Positions 35,688 to 45,995 of a stretch of DNA of 64,000 nucleotides are shown here, in pieces. The notes below the pieces were generated by a model. The model made no database searches, was not told the DNA's origin, and saw only the letters and a program-made list of their open reading frames with translations. Every line of letters starts with the position of its first letter. The stretch's first letter is position 1. This DNA comes from a bacterium (GTDB taxonomy: Bacteria > UBA8248): positions 111,433 through 175,432 of the forward strand of contig CBDBZY010000036.1 of the NCBI GenBank assembly GCA_965213685.1, given 5' to 3'. The translations under genes and the position numbers were made by a program.

Positions 35688-37407
35688 TCAGCGGGCGGGG
35701 AGGGCGCGAAGCACCTCCCGCTCTCGCCTCGCCTTTTCGGTATCTCCCGTTTTTTCATAGTGCGCCAGCAGGCGTTGATGCACCACCCGAATGAATGGAT
35801 TGATCTCCAACACCTCCTCCCACGCCCTCAGCGCGCGCTTCGGGTGCTGGCCCATCTCGCTCGCCAGCGCCTGGTGGACGTAGGTCATCGCGTAATCCGG
35901 GTCCACCTCCAGCGCCTTGCGGATATGGCGCTCGGCCTGCGGAATCATGCCGAGGCGAATCTCCGCCTGGGCCGCGCGATTGAGCAGGGGCTGGGAGTAG
36001 GGCTCATCCCGCAACGCGCGACGATACTCCAACAAGGCCGCCCGCATTCTCCCGCGAAACGAGAGCCTGTCTCCCAGCCGCATCCGCCTTCTCGCGACGG
36101 CACTTTTGAGGGCCGCCAGGTCCATCGCCCGCTCGTCCATCGGCCCCTTGGGCTTCAGCTTCGGCTGGGAAACCCGGGCGCCCGGACGGGCGCGCAGGGG
36201 AAGTTTCTTCAGGTACGCTATCCAGAGTTTCTCAAACCCGCCCAAATCCACTCCGGCGAGCACCCGAAGCCCGGGCTCGGCGCTCTGGGGCGGGCCGGTG
36301 GCCTCCAGCTCCACGAGGCTCGCCCGCCCGCGGGAACGCGCCCTCGCGCCATCCTCCCCGGACGCTCCCCCCTGCGGTTGGGCGGGCGCGGCGTTCCGGA
36401 TGCCCGCGAGCAGGCGAACGAGTGCGCGCGCACCCATTGTGCGGCGGATGAAATCCACGGCGGAAGCCGCCTCCGCGTAAGCCAGATGAATGTCGCGCGG
36501 CGTATCGAGATAGATGAGGCTCGGCTCCATCTTCCGGAACGCGATATAGCGGTTCGTCTCCCGCGCGTCATGGAGCAGGGCCTCCTCCCCCGGATGGAGA
36601 TAGCCGCGCCCCCCCGCCCCGCCATTTTTTCTCCAGATACTTGGCGATTCCCTCATGGAGCCAGATGGGCGCGCGATTGTTCGTGGCGCGAACGACGAGA
36701 TAGTGGACGTATTCATGCGCCGCGGTGTCGAGCCAGCGGTAGCCCCGCAGAAGCGAGCCGGGGGAGAGGAGCATCAGCTTGTTGAACTTGCACACCCCCA
36801 CCGCCCCTTTCTCCTCGATGTCGCGCCTCGAGAGGGTGGATGACTTGTGAAAGCGCCCCGGATCCGAGAAAACCTCCACCCGAACGCGCTCCCGGGGCCT
36901 CTCGTTCAACTCCTCTCCATACCGCACATAGGCACTCTCCAGGGCGTCGCCCAGATAGGGCAGCAAAGCGGCGTCCGCGCGCGGGTCGTACCATATGTCG
37001 AAATGCGCCGTCTTGCGCACCTCGTAGCCCTGAAGCGCCGCTTGCGTCTGGCGCACGTGGAGCCTGAGTTCGAGCCACTCGCCATCGCCCGGCTTTTTCT
37101 TGAGCGCCGCGTTGAGGTGGGAGATCGCCTCCGGAAACCGGCCGGCCAGGTAATCGGCGGCACCGGAAAGCGCCCGCCATTCCGCCAGCCCGGGAGACTT
37201 GCGCCGAAGGGCGGCGATCTTTTTTCGGGCGGCCGCCAGATTCCACGCCCGAAGCGCATCCACCACCGCCCCATATCCGTCCGGTCGCTTCACCTCCTGC
37301 GACAAGGGCGCCGCGCGGTTGACGGTATGCGCTCGGGCGGGCGGGACGAGCGCCAGAACCTGGAAAACGCAGAGGATCGCCAGAAACGCCGTTTTTCGCG
37401 CCATCAT
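35688..37407 (-). CDS. Secreted TPR + peptidase MA-like (HExxH) protein; +1 frameshift at the C7 run 36609-36615 (probable sequencing error)
   Basis: Signal peptide, TPR-like helices and HEYVHY...PIWLHEG in the 5' frame. AYAEA and C-terminal TPRs in the 3' frame. Total length is 3n+1, with an ATGA overlap with the upstream gene. Confidence 0.8.
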
Positions 37408-40400
37408 TTGGTCAGCCTGTCAAAATAATTTTCAATCTCGCCCCGCATCGCGCCCGGCAGACCGTCTTTCATCGCCTCCATGATCTCCTCGCGGAACTTG
37501 GCGGGCACCTTGTACTGCTCCCTGTCGGGTATCAGCACCTCGCTGAACTGCGTGCCGAGGCTCCCGTCCTCCTGCTGGTCGCGCTGATTTCCGCCCTCGC
37601 GGGGAAAGTTCGGGTTTCGGGACCACCAGGGCCTCCCCCTGCCCATGCCCGGGCGCAGGATGCCGAACCCCCGGGGCGTGCCCAGGCCGACGCTGCCCCG
37701 CTGGGCCATCTGCCGCATGGCTTGCTGCATGGAGTTCTGGCCCTGGGCGAGCTTGCGTATCGCCTGCTCCTCGGCGGGCACCGCGCGGGAGGAGCTGCGT
37801 TTTTTCAAGAACGCGGCCGCCTGCTCCATCAACTCTCCCGCCTCCGCGATTCTCCGCAGGATGCCCGGGTTGATGAACGGATACACCTGCATCATCTGGC
37901 GCAGCCGCCGCTCAAAACCCCCCAGCCGCCTGCGCAGAGACTCCTGCCGGAAGCGCAATCCCTCCAGCTTGGCGATTTCCGTCCCTCCCGAGCGGTTTTC
38001 GGATTTCTCCAAAAGCAGCCGCAGGGTTTCGGCCACCCGCATCCAGGGTGCGGTCCCGGCGCCCTCCGCGTTCTTCAACGCCTCCCCGCGCGCGTCCGCC
38101 CTCCCCTCCCCTCCCGGTGCGGAGCGGGCACAGGGCGACGCACGGAGGGCCGCCGTCCACTCCGGCAGCCTCTGGAAGACGATGCCCCACTCCCCTTTCT
38201 TCAGCATCGCGTCCATCTCGGACAGCGCCCGCATCCTCTCGCGCTGCGTCTTCTCGGCGCGCATCCGGGGAGATGATTCTTCCTCCCTCCCAGCCTGCGG
38301 CGCCGGCGGCGCGTCTCCGGCGGATTCAGCCGTCCCTCCGGCGGGCGGGCAACCGGGCGCCAGCGGCCTTCTGGCCGCCTCATCCTCTCGCCTCCAGGCG
38401 GCCCTGGCGTTTCTGGACACCTGGGCGACCTCCTCCGGCCATTCCTGCCTGAGGCGATCCACCACATTCTCCAGGATTCCCACCGTCTCGCCCAGGATGG
38501 CCTGCTGCTCCTCCACGATGGAGGCCAGCTCGCTCTGCCGGCGCTGGATGGGCCTGCCCCCGCGCTGGCTCATCATCTGCTGGCGCTGCACCCCCCGCAG
38601 GGCCATGCGCATTCTCTGCAGCTGGCTCATCAGGCGCCTGAGTTCCTCCAGCGCGCCCTTGAAGTTGTTCTGGCGCATCATCTGGCGAATCCGCTGGAAG
38701 GCCTCCATCATATTCCGCATGGGCATCTCGCGCATGCTGCGCTGGTTCATGAACTCGGCGGGCATGCGCTGGGCCAGGGAAGCCATCTGCCGCATCAGCT
38801 TGCCCAGCTCTTCCCGGAGCCTCTCCAGCTCCCTCTCAACGCGGGCGACCGCCTCCTTGTCCGCGCCCTGTCTGCGCATTTTCTCCAGGGCGCGCTCGAT
38901 GGCCCTTTGTCTCTGGATCATCGATTCCGTCGTGCGGCCCGCCCTGTCCACGCGGACGTTGCGCTGTATCTCCTCTCCCATCGTGGCGAGACGCTCGAGG
39001 GTTTCGGTCGCCTCCTCTTGCCGGGCGGCCATTTCTCGCTGCAGCCGCTCCCGCTCTCGCCGCGCTTTCGCCCCCGCGCCCATCTTCGATAGTTTCGCGA
39101 GCGGCTGGAGGTATCGGGAAATCGCGTCCTCCAGTTGCCGCGCCAGCGTGGACAAATCCATGTCGGCGAGCGTCTCGCGCGGATTCTTGGGCCGCAGGTT
39201 CGCCCGCGCCCGCTTGATTCGCCCCAGAATTTCTTTCGCCTTTCTCTCGAGCGTCCCTCCCCTGCCGGCGGTTTTCCGGGGCGCTCCCGTCCCTCTCTCC
39301 CCGGTTTCGGGCGGAAGGTCCTTCTCCAGATAATCGCCCAGCAAGTCGAGGAGCGCATTGGAAATTTCGCCCAGATTTCTGTCCAGGCCGGCCATCACGG
39401 CCTCCCTGTCGCGGACGCGAATCCGATAGGTTTTGCTCGTCCCGATTTTCGGGCCGCTCACCGTGTCCCCGTCCCGGGCGATGAAACGATAGGAGATGAC
39501 GCCGCCCGGACGAACCCCCATCGCCCGGAGCCCGAACTCATAGCGGCCGTTCGCGCTTTTTCGGGGGGTCTCCCCGCTCCACATCTTGACCCGCCTCGCG
39601 CGACGGCCGTCGAGCCGGGCCTCGAGATGGACGCTTTTCAGGCCAAAATCGTCGGAGGCCCGATAGGTCACGGGCACGCGCTCATCCGCCTCGACCGTGA
39701 GGTCCCCGGACGGGCGCGTCACCGCCACCTTGGGATAGGCGTCGGGGATGATGTCGATTTGATAGCGTCGGGGCGCCAGGTTGGAAAATCCGTGCGCGTC
39801 TTTCAGGCGAACCTGGTAGGAGCCCGCACCGCCCAGTATCATCTTTCCGTGCAGCAAAAAATGGTTTCCCGCATGGGGGATCTGGCGTGATGGCTGCTGT
39901 TGCGCGAAAGGCATCCTCTTTCCGCGCAACAAAAATTGGTTTCCGGCGGGCTTCAAGGGCAATCGCCAGCCATCGGCCAGGGAGATGAGCGCCTCCTGAA
40001 CCGGCTTGTTCGTCTTGACCGCCAGGCGGACCTCGGAGCCCATATAGGCGCGGATATGGCCGCCGTTCCGCCCCCGGACGGATTTCAGCTTCGTGTACTC
40101 GGGGGGATACTGCACCACCTCGATGGACTCCACCCTCGGCGGAGCGACCACGCGAATTTGAAGCGTCCGGGAATGAAACCTGCCCGCGCGCGCCGTGATG
40201 CGCGCGTCCGCTCCGGCGCCCGGCCAACGCCCCCGAAAATGGCGGGAGGCCACCTTCTTCAGCGCGATGGCGGATGGGGCCGAGGCGCCTTCCCGAACGT
40301 CCAGTTCCACGGAATCCACCTCCCGTCCCGTGGTCCGCACGTCGAACGCGACGGGCATCCCGGGCAGGACCGTCGTGCGGCTCGCCTGAATCGCGAGATG

Positions 40401-40988
40401 CGTGATTCTCGAGGGCATGAGGTCCACCGCGTTCGCCAGGAGATAGCCCGCGCGCGGATAGAGGCCCGGCCAGACGAACGCCAGGAGAATCACGCCGACC
40501 GCCAGAACGCTGGCGAGTCGCCCGAGCCGCTGGAAAGCGGCGGGAGAGACGTAGGCGTCCGAGTCCAGCGATTCCACCTCGCGGCCGGTGTCATGCACCA
40601 GCGCATCGATGAGGGCGGGCGAGGTGGGGTCGTCATCGCCCAGCTCGCCCCTGCGCGGGAAAAGCTGGAGGGAGCTGATGAGGTTGCTGCCCAGGTCCGG
40701 ATGGTGCTTTTCGATGTCGAGCGCGATGCTTTCCCGCCTCGGGCGCCGGGTCATCAGCCACCAGGAGCGGGCGGCCGTCAGGCCGAGCAGGAGAATCGCC
40801 AGCACGACGTAGATGATGGCCGAATAGCCGAAACGCGCTTGAGAAACGACCGCCGCCGGAGCGAGCAGCAACACGGAAAGCAGGCCCAAGGCGAGAACCA
40901 TCCCCGCCTCGGATCGCCTGACCCGGAGGCGGGCGCGAATCACGGAATCGAGGAACCCGGTTATCTTCTCAAAAGACCGCTCCGCCAT
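37404..40988 (-). CDS. DUF4175-like large membrane-anchored coiled-coil protein
   Basis: N-terminal TMs with LISSLQ, PPEYT, PDAYP, ASDDFGL and DTVSGPK Ig-like region, a long Met/Gln/Arg-rich coiled coil, and a C-terminal FREEIMEAM...YFDRL. Confidence 0.8.
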   Translation of the reverse strand: MAERSFEKITGFLDSVIRARLRVRRSEAGMVLALGLLSVLLLAPAAVVSQARFGYSAIIYVVLAILLLGLTAARSWWLMTRRPRRESIALDIEKHHPDLGSNLISSLQLFPRRGELGDDDPTSPALIDALVHDTGREVESLDSDAYVSPAAFQRLGRLASVLAVGVILLAFVWPGLYPRAGYLLANAVDLMPSRITHLAIQASRTTVLPGMPVAFDVRTTGREVDSVELDVREGASAPSAIALKKVASRHFRGRWPGAGADARITARAGRFHSRTLQIRVVAPPRVESIEVVQYPPEYTKLKSVRGRNGGHIRAYMGSEVRLAVKTNKPVQEALISLADGWRLPLKPAGNQFLLRGKRMPFAQQQPSRQIPHAGNHFLLHGKMILGGAGSYQVRLKDAHGFSNLAPRRYQIDIIPDAYPKVAVTRPSGDLTVEADERVPVTYRASDDFGLKSVHLEARLDGRRARRVKMWSGETPRKSANGRYEFGLRAMGVRPGGVISYRFIARDGDTVSGPKIGTSKTYRIRVRDREAVMAGLDRNLGEISNALLDLLGDYLEKDLPPETGERGTGAPRKTAGRGGTLERKAKEILGRIKRARANLRPKNPRETLADMDLSTLARQLEDAISRYLQPLAKLSKMGAGAKARRERERLQREMAARQEEATETLERLATMGEEIQRNVRVDRAGRTTESMIQRQRAIERALEKMRRQGADKEAVARVERELERLREELGKLMRQMASLAQRMPAEFMNQRSMREMPMRNMMEAFQRIRQMMRQNNFKGALEELRRLMSQLQRMRMALRGVQRQQMMSQRGGRPIQRRQSELASIVEEQQAILGETVGILENVVDRLRQEWPEEVAQVSRNARAAWRREDEAARRPLAPGCPPAGGTAESAGDAPPAPQAGREEESSPRMRAEKTQRERMRALSEMDAMLKKGEWGIVFQRLPEWTAALRASPCARSAPGGEGRADARGEALKNAEGAGTAPWMRVAETLRLLLEKSENRSGGTEIAKLEGLRFRQESLRRRLGGFERRLRQMMQVYPFINPGILRRIAEAGELMEQAAAFLKKRSSSRAVPAEEQAIRKLAQGQNSMQQAMRQMAQRGSVGLGTPRGFGILRPGMGRGRPWWSRNPNFPREGGNQRDQQEDGSLGTQFSEVLIPDREQYKVPAKFREEIMEAMKDGLPGAMRGEIENYFDRLTK
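39842..39947. repeat. Pair of 31-bp direct repeats (27/31 identical) 75 bp apart inside the DUF4175-like gene
   Basis: TCTTTCCGYGCARCAAAAAWTGGTTTCCSGC at 39842-39872 and 39917-39947; the protein reads AGNQFLLRGK / AGNHFLLHGK. Confidence 0.85.
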
Positions 40989-41102
40989 CTCTCGCTCCTC
41001 CTCCGACGGGCGCGCGCGCAGGCACGAGGCGCACATGTTACCACTTTCGGTTCGCGCGCGGCATCCCCGGGAAAATCGGGCCCGCCGCCCCCCCGGGGGG
41101 CG

Positions 41103-43472
41103 CTACGCCAATCCCCAAAGACGTCTGAGCGTCCATTCCACGCCCGGCAGCAAGATGAGAATCATGCCGACCCAGGGAACGCTCCAGAGCCTGACGTCCC
41201 GCACTTCCATGACCTTGTGCGGCACCTTGCCTTTTAACGCCTCCAGGACGCGGGCGCTCACATCCTCGCCCCCCAGCGCGCTTGCCCGAAAAAACAGCCC
41301 CCCCGTGCCCTTCGCCAGGGCGCGAAGATTCTCCCAGCGCGGGCTGACGTCGGCCCACTCCGCCTTGCCCGCCTCCCGGCCGACGGCGATCGTCCGCACC
41401 GCCTCGCCGATGACCCGACCCCCATGGGCGGCTTTCATCCTCGCCTGATAACTGCCATTCCCCCGAGGCCGGAAGCGAATCTCGAACTCCCGGGAATCCG
41501 GGCGATACGCCGCGCGATATTGATGGGCGACGCCATAGGGGTCGCGCAGCGACACCTGCACTTGTGCCGCCTGGGCCGGCTGATACGACGCGTCGCGCAC
41601 CTGCATCCGGAGGACATACATCCCGTCCCTGGCCTGTTCCGCCTCCGGGAAAATCTGGACCTGCGAGCTGCCCGGATCGCCCGAAAGCCACCGGACCATC
41701 TGCGCGACCATGCGGATGTAGAGACGATTCGTCCGCTCCGCCGCCACCATCCCGAAATTCCATCTCCAGGTATCGTCCGAGAATATGGACAGCACCCTGC
41801 CCTCGCCCACCCGCTTTGCGGCGATGAGAGGAACGCCTCCGCCTTTCGTGGCAAGGAGCACCTGCCCCCTCCCGAACGGCGTTGTGACGTTGACGCGCCG
41901 CAGGGGGGGAAACAAGGTCCAGAGTTTCCTGTTCTCGTCCAGGTCGGAAGACAATCGGGTGACGGGATGCCTGCCGCCCGTCGGGGTGAGCGCAAAGCGA
42001 AGGCTCCGCTGGTCCTCGTAATCATTCGCCTGCCGCAAGCGCACGGGGAGGACGTCCTCGATGGGAGTGCGATAGTAGCCGCCCGCGCTGAAGGAGCGCC
42101 TGCCGCCGAACATGAGCAGCGCGCCCCCCTTGCGGACATAATCCCTCACGCGCTCCAGGTAATAGTTGCTGAAATACTCCTGGGTGGAGAAGTTGTCGAA
42201 AACCACGATCTCGAAATTCTTGAGTTCCTCCAGAAACAACTTGTCCACCGGAAACGGCACGAGGCTGAGGTTTTGGGTCGGAACCCCGGGATCGTCCTCG
42301 GAGGTGCGCAGGAAGACGAACGACACGAGGTCGATGGCGGGGTCGCGCTTGAGCGCCATCCGCAAAAAGCGATAGTTCCACGTGGGCGCGCCCGAGATCG
42401 TCAAAATCCGGATCTTGTCGCGCCGGATCTCCAGGGGAATCTCCACCCGGTTGTTCGACTCGACGATTTCGCCGCGCTGCACGGGAGTCACCACGCGCAA
42501 CACCTGGCTTCCCACTTCATTCGGCGTGAACCGGAATTCGACGAGACGGCGCAGCGGGCCGCGCCTCACGTCTATCGACTGGGTCCGGACGATGCGGCCC
42601 TCGCGGGTCAGGGCGACGGGCAGCTTCCGACCCGAGAATCCCTTGACGGACAGCGAGACCTCCAGGCGCACCTCCTTGCCCTGAAAGGCGATGCGCGGGG
42701 CCTGCACGTCCTGGATGGCGATATCCCGAAAAGACTCCGGCGCCCCGAATCCCACGCCGATGAGGGGGGGGAAAGACTTCACGTCCTCGGGCGGCAAAAC
42801 CGCCCCGGTGGTGTCTCCCCCGTCCGAAAGCATCAGGATGCCGAGGGGACCTTCCCGCGTTCTCCGCTCCCCGCCGCCCGCGGCGGCCGATGGCGCGCCC
42901 TCGACGCTGCGCAGGACGCCTCGTATCGCGCCGAGCGGGTCGCTGCCCGATCCTACGGCCTGGAGATTTTTCAGCTCCCCGAGGCCGATGGGCGCCCTGT
43001 CCGCGTCATAGCGGACCAGATGCACGTCGTAGAGCGCCCGCAGACGCGAGAGCAGCCCCGGGGGGGACTCGTCGCCGCCCCTCTCCCCTTTTTCTTCTTT
43101 GTCCTCCGCTCCCCCCGCCCGCGAGCGCTCCCCGTCCCCGGGGGCCAACAAGAAATCCCTGGCCAGGCGGATGCGCGTCCTCTTTTCGTTCGCATCCCGA
43201 ACGCTCATGCTCGCCGAGCTGTCGATGAGAACGAGCAGCTTGGGCGGCAGGGAGCGCTCGCGCCTGTCGATCAGCGTGGGGACGGAGAGGAAAAAAACGA
43301 TCGCCGCATAGAGCAAGCCCCTGAGCGCCTGCAGCAGCCATACGCGCCCCGGCGGGAGTTTTTCGGTCAAATCCCGATGCCGGCGAACCAGCGCCCATCC
43401 CAGCGCGGCGGCGGCGAGGAGAAGCGCCCACCAGGGAGCGCCGCCGGGCCAATGGAGGGTGGACCAGTCCAT
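41103..43472 (-). CDS. Membrane protein with VWA and glutamine-amidotransferase-like domains
   Basis: Two N-terminal TMs, DSSASM, SDGGD, ESNN, WNYRFLRMALKRDP, YVRKGGALLMFGG, GEGRV...WRW, and a C-terminal TM ending EWTLRRLWGLA. Confidence 0.82.
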   Translation of the reverse strand: MDWSTLHWPGGAPWWALLLAAAALGWALVRRHRDLTEKLPPGRVWLLQALRGLLYAAIVFFLSVPTLIDRRERSLPPKLLVLIDSSASMSVRDANEKRTRIRLARDFLLAPGDGERSRAGGAEDKEEKGERGGDESPPGLLSRLRALYDVHLVRYDADRAPIGLGELKNLQAVGSGSDPLGAIRGVLRSVEGAPSAAAGGGERRTREGPLGILMLSDGGDTTGAVLPPEDVKSFPPLIGVGFGAPESFRDIAIQDVQAPRIAFQGKEVRLEVSLSVKGFSGRKLPVALTREGRIVRTQSIDVRRGPLRRLVEFRFTPNEVGSQVLRVVTPVQRGEIVESNNRVEIPLEIRRDKIRILTISGAPTWNYRFLRMALKRDPAIDLVSFVFLRTSEDDPGVPTQNLSLVPFPVDKLFLEELKNFEIVVFDNFSTQEYFSNYYLERVRDYVRKGGALLMFGGRRSFSAGGYYRTPIEDVLPVRLRQANDYEDQRSLRFALTPTGGRHPVTRLSSDLDENRKLWTLFPPLRRVNVTTPFGRGQVLLATKGGGVPLIAAKRVGEGRVLSIFSDDTWRWNFGMVAAERTNRLYIRMVAQMVRWLSGDPGSSQVQIFPEAEQARDGMYVLRMQVRDASYQPAQAAQVQVSLRDPYGVAHQYRAAYRPDSREFEIRFRPRGNGSYQARMKAAHGGRVIGEAVRTIAVGREAGKAEWADVSPRWENLRALAKGTGGLFFRASALGGEDVSARVLEALKGKVPHKVMEVRDVRLWSVPWVGMILILLPGVEWTLRRLWGLA

Positions 43473-43478
43473 GACAAT

Positions 43479-44306
43479 CTACCCCTGGTTCAATCTGCGC
43501 TGGATGAAGGGATGATGGATGAGGTCCTGCTTGTAGTTTCCGGTCATCGAGTAGAGGGCGACGTTCACCGCCAGATGGAAGGCCGCGCTGCGCTGGGCCT
43601 CACCGCCCGGGACGCATTCCTCGAGCCATCCGCCGCCAGGCCCCCTCGCCCAGGCACCACCCAGGTCGTTCCGGCAAAAAATCACGGGCGTGAACATGCC
43701 GACGCGGATGCCCAGCAAATCCTGGCTGACGGACTGCCGCCCGCCCACGGTGCGAAGCAGGTAATAGCTCTTGAAAACGGCGTGCTCCCGCGGAAGGGCC
43801 TCAAAGGCGTTTTTCGGGAAAACCAGGCGCATGAGTCTTTCGACGGCCCCGCCGAACGCCTCGTCCTCCAGCCCCAGGCCATCGTCGATGAGCAAGAAGC
43901 CCCCATAGGTCAGGTGGCGCCTGAGATTGCCAATCGCTCCGGAGCCGGGCATCTCGAACTCGTAGCGTCCCGACATGTACAGAAAAGGATGCTCGAATAT
44001 CTCGGGCGAGGAGATTTCCACCGGCTTCGCGTCCCGGGCGGTTTCGATGCTCGTGCGCTTTTGCACCTCATCCAGAAAAGAAGCCATGGCCGTGGGATAT
44101 TCCTGCCAGCGTCCGCCCGGATAGCGCAGGTGCGCCGGCGTGAAATCCGGGCGGAGTCGCTTCTCCTCGCCGGGCTCGGAAAAAAGCCGGCCGCCGCGGA
44201 ATTGCCCCCTCGCCCGTCCGGGAGAGGCCAGCAACGCGGCTGCGGCCATCGCGGCGCGCGCGATGAACTCGCGCCGTCGGAAAGATGATTTAGGGAACAT
44301 CGACAT
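43479..44306 (-). CDS. DUF4159 domain protein with putative Tat signal
   Basis: FRRREFI followed by a hydrophobic stretch. HPFLYMSG, GGFLLIDD, HAVFKSYY, NDLGGAW and NVALYSMTGNYKQD motifs. Confidence 0.85.
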   Translation of the reverse strand: MSMFPKSSFRRREFIARAAMAAAALLASPGRARGQFRGGRLFSEPGEEKRLRPDFTPAHLRYPGGRWQEYPTAMASFLDEVQKRTSIETARDAKPVEISSPEIFEHPFLYMSGRYEFEMPGSGAIGNLRRHLTYGGFLLIDDGLGLEDEAFGGAVERLMRLVFPKNAFEALPREHAVFKSYYLLRTVGGRQSVSQDLLGIRVGMFTPVIFCRNDLGGAWARGPGGGWLEECVPGGEAQRSAAFHLAVNVALYSMTGNYKQDLIHHPFIQRRLNQG

Positions 44307-45147
44307 CCGGCAGCACCACATAGGTCGTCGGGGGCGGCAGCCTGCGGCGCGTCAGAATCAGTTCCGTTTTTTTCGGGCGAACGACCCTGCGTATCCCCTC
44401 CGCCCGCAGTGCGCGCGCGAACTGACCGGGCAGTTCGGGACCAAAGTAGTGCATCGGTATGACAATGTTGGGGCCGATGCGCTTGACGATTTTGGCCGCC
44501 ACCTCATGGGGCACCGTAAACGAGCCGTCAATCGGGAGCAGGAGCACGTGAATCTTCCCCAGCACCCGAATCTGGCCGGTCGAGGGGCCGAAGCGCGCGT
44601 TTCCGAAGTGGGCGACGCAAAGGCCGCCCGCCTGAAAAACATAAATGGTATTGATGACGATGGAGAATTGCTCGTCTCCGCTCCGCTGCGGAAAAGAGGC
44701 GATTCGCAGGTTTCCGAACGTCTTGTCGATCGGGTTTGCGTTCCCCTCGGCCGTTACGCCGAAAAAAATTTCCGACTTCCCCTCGTAGGGTCCGGTGCGG
44801 GCGTGCGTCTCGTGAAAATTGCTGACGGTGACCGCCTCGGGCGGCGGATTCAAGACGGGATCGACGTAGGGGTCCATCACGGCCCGTCCGCCCCCGGGGG
44901 CGCTGATCCAAAAACTCGAATGCCCCAAGTATCGCAATCGCACCTCCTGTTTCCGCTGGGCACTCGCCCATCCGCCCCGCATCGACACGGGGATGAAGCG
45001 CCCGTCGCGGCGGACGATTCCGGGCTTGCATATGCCGCCGGCCGCCCACAGGAGGCTCGATGGGAGAAAAACGAAAACACAGACGAAGACGACCGGCAGA
45101 ATGGTTCTTCTTGACGGAAAGCGGCCTCCCCCGCGCGGGGCAGGCAT
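44290..45147 (-). CDS. Metallo-beta-lactamase-fold hydrolase (variant metal motif)
   Basis: YLGHSSF, VMDPY, SNFHETH, HFGN, PIDGSFT and VIPMHY, with an N-terminal SRR + hydrophobic signal. The start is uncertain. Confidence 0.8.
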   Translation of the reverse strand: MPAPRGGGRFPSRRTILPVVFVCVFVFLPSSLLWAAGGICKPGIVRRDGRFIPVSMRGGWASAQRKQEVRLRYLGHSSFWISAPGGGRAVMDPYVDPVLNPPPEAVTVSNFHETHARTGPYEGKSEIFFGVTAEGNANPIDKTFGNLRIASFPQRSGDEQFSIVINTIYVFQAGGLCVAHFGNARFGPSTGQIRVLGKIHVLLLPIDGSFTVPHEVAAKIVKRIGPNIVIPMHYFGPELPGQFARALRAEGIRRVVRPKKTELILTRRRLPPPTTYVVLPDVDVP

Positions 45148-45285
45148 GCGCTCACGAGTCGGGGTCAAGATGAGATTCTCCATGGCGGCACCATGAATGA
45201 ACAGGCGCACTATACCTCTTTTTTGCCGCCATGAATAGTCCCCTCCCCATCAGGGCAGAGGGCGTCGGTGGATTGCGCTTCCGCA

Positions 45286-45855
45286 TCATCCGCCGCGCAC
45301 GTTCCCCTCCGGCAAAGCCCGCCGCCACGGGAAACGCCATATCGACCCGAGCAGCAGACACGCCTTCAGCACGTCCGTGACGAGGTAGGCGCCGTGGTAG
45401 CGCCCGAATTCCCTTTTGATGGAAGAGGCGATGGAGGAGGCGGCCCCCGCCGAAGAGGAAGAATACACCTCGGCGTCCGCCAGCGCCCTCCCCAACGCCT
45501 CTATCCGGGGCGAAAACCAGAACACGTGCACGCCCACGATGAGGAGCAGGCAGATGGCGAGGGCGAGCGGCAGGCCGTCCGTGCGCCCCGTCCGCCAGAC
45601 GAGAAGGAGCAGGGAGACGCCGAAAACGAGTTGCAGCCGGTTCCAGGCGCGGAACACGCGGCTGTTGATCTCCCGGGCGGCCAGGCGGCCTTTCCATTCC
45701 GCAGCAGATGCGGGCTGGAACAGCTTCGACGCCGCCGGATTCTTCTCCGGGTGGAATGTGCTGAATGAATTTGTCGCCACCCACCAGACGCCCAGCGTGA
45801 GGGCGAGCCACGATACGAGAAGGGCAAAGCGAAAAGAGCGAATCCCGGCAGCCAA
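45286..45855 (-). CDS. Four-TM membrane protein, DUF4149/TMEM205-like
   Basis: Four hydrophobic helices, VFRAWNRLQL and EFGRYHGAY. The start is uncertain (TTG at 45855 or 45933). Confidence 0.65.
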   Translation of the reverse strand: MAAGIRSFRFALLVSWLALTLGVWWVATNSFSTFHPEKNPAASKLFQPASAAEWKGRLAAREINSRVFRAWNRLQLVFGVSLLLLVWRTGRTDGLPLALAICLLLIVGVHVFWFSPRIEALGRALADAEVYSSSSAGAASSIASSIKREFGRYHGAYLVTDVLKACLLLGSIWRFPWRRALPEGNVRGG

Positions 45856-45995
45856 ACCGGCCTCCGAACGCGGCGAGGGGAGCGGCTCATCGGACAGGTG
45901 CGCAATATACGCGACAAGCCGCGCAGTCCACAACCTGCCGCGCCCATCCCGTCGCAGCTGGGCGCCGCGCGGGACGCGGGCGGCGGAGGCGTTTT

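Noticed and set aside
39842-39947. Repeat-spacer-repeat as a mini CRISPR
   Set aside because: There are only two imperfect, non-palindromic copies, in frame within a gene, with no leader or cas genes.
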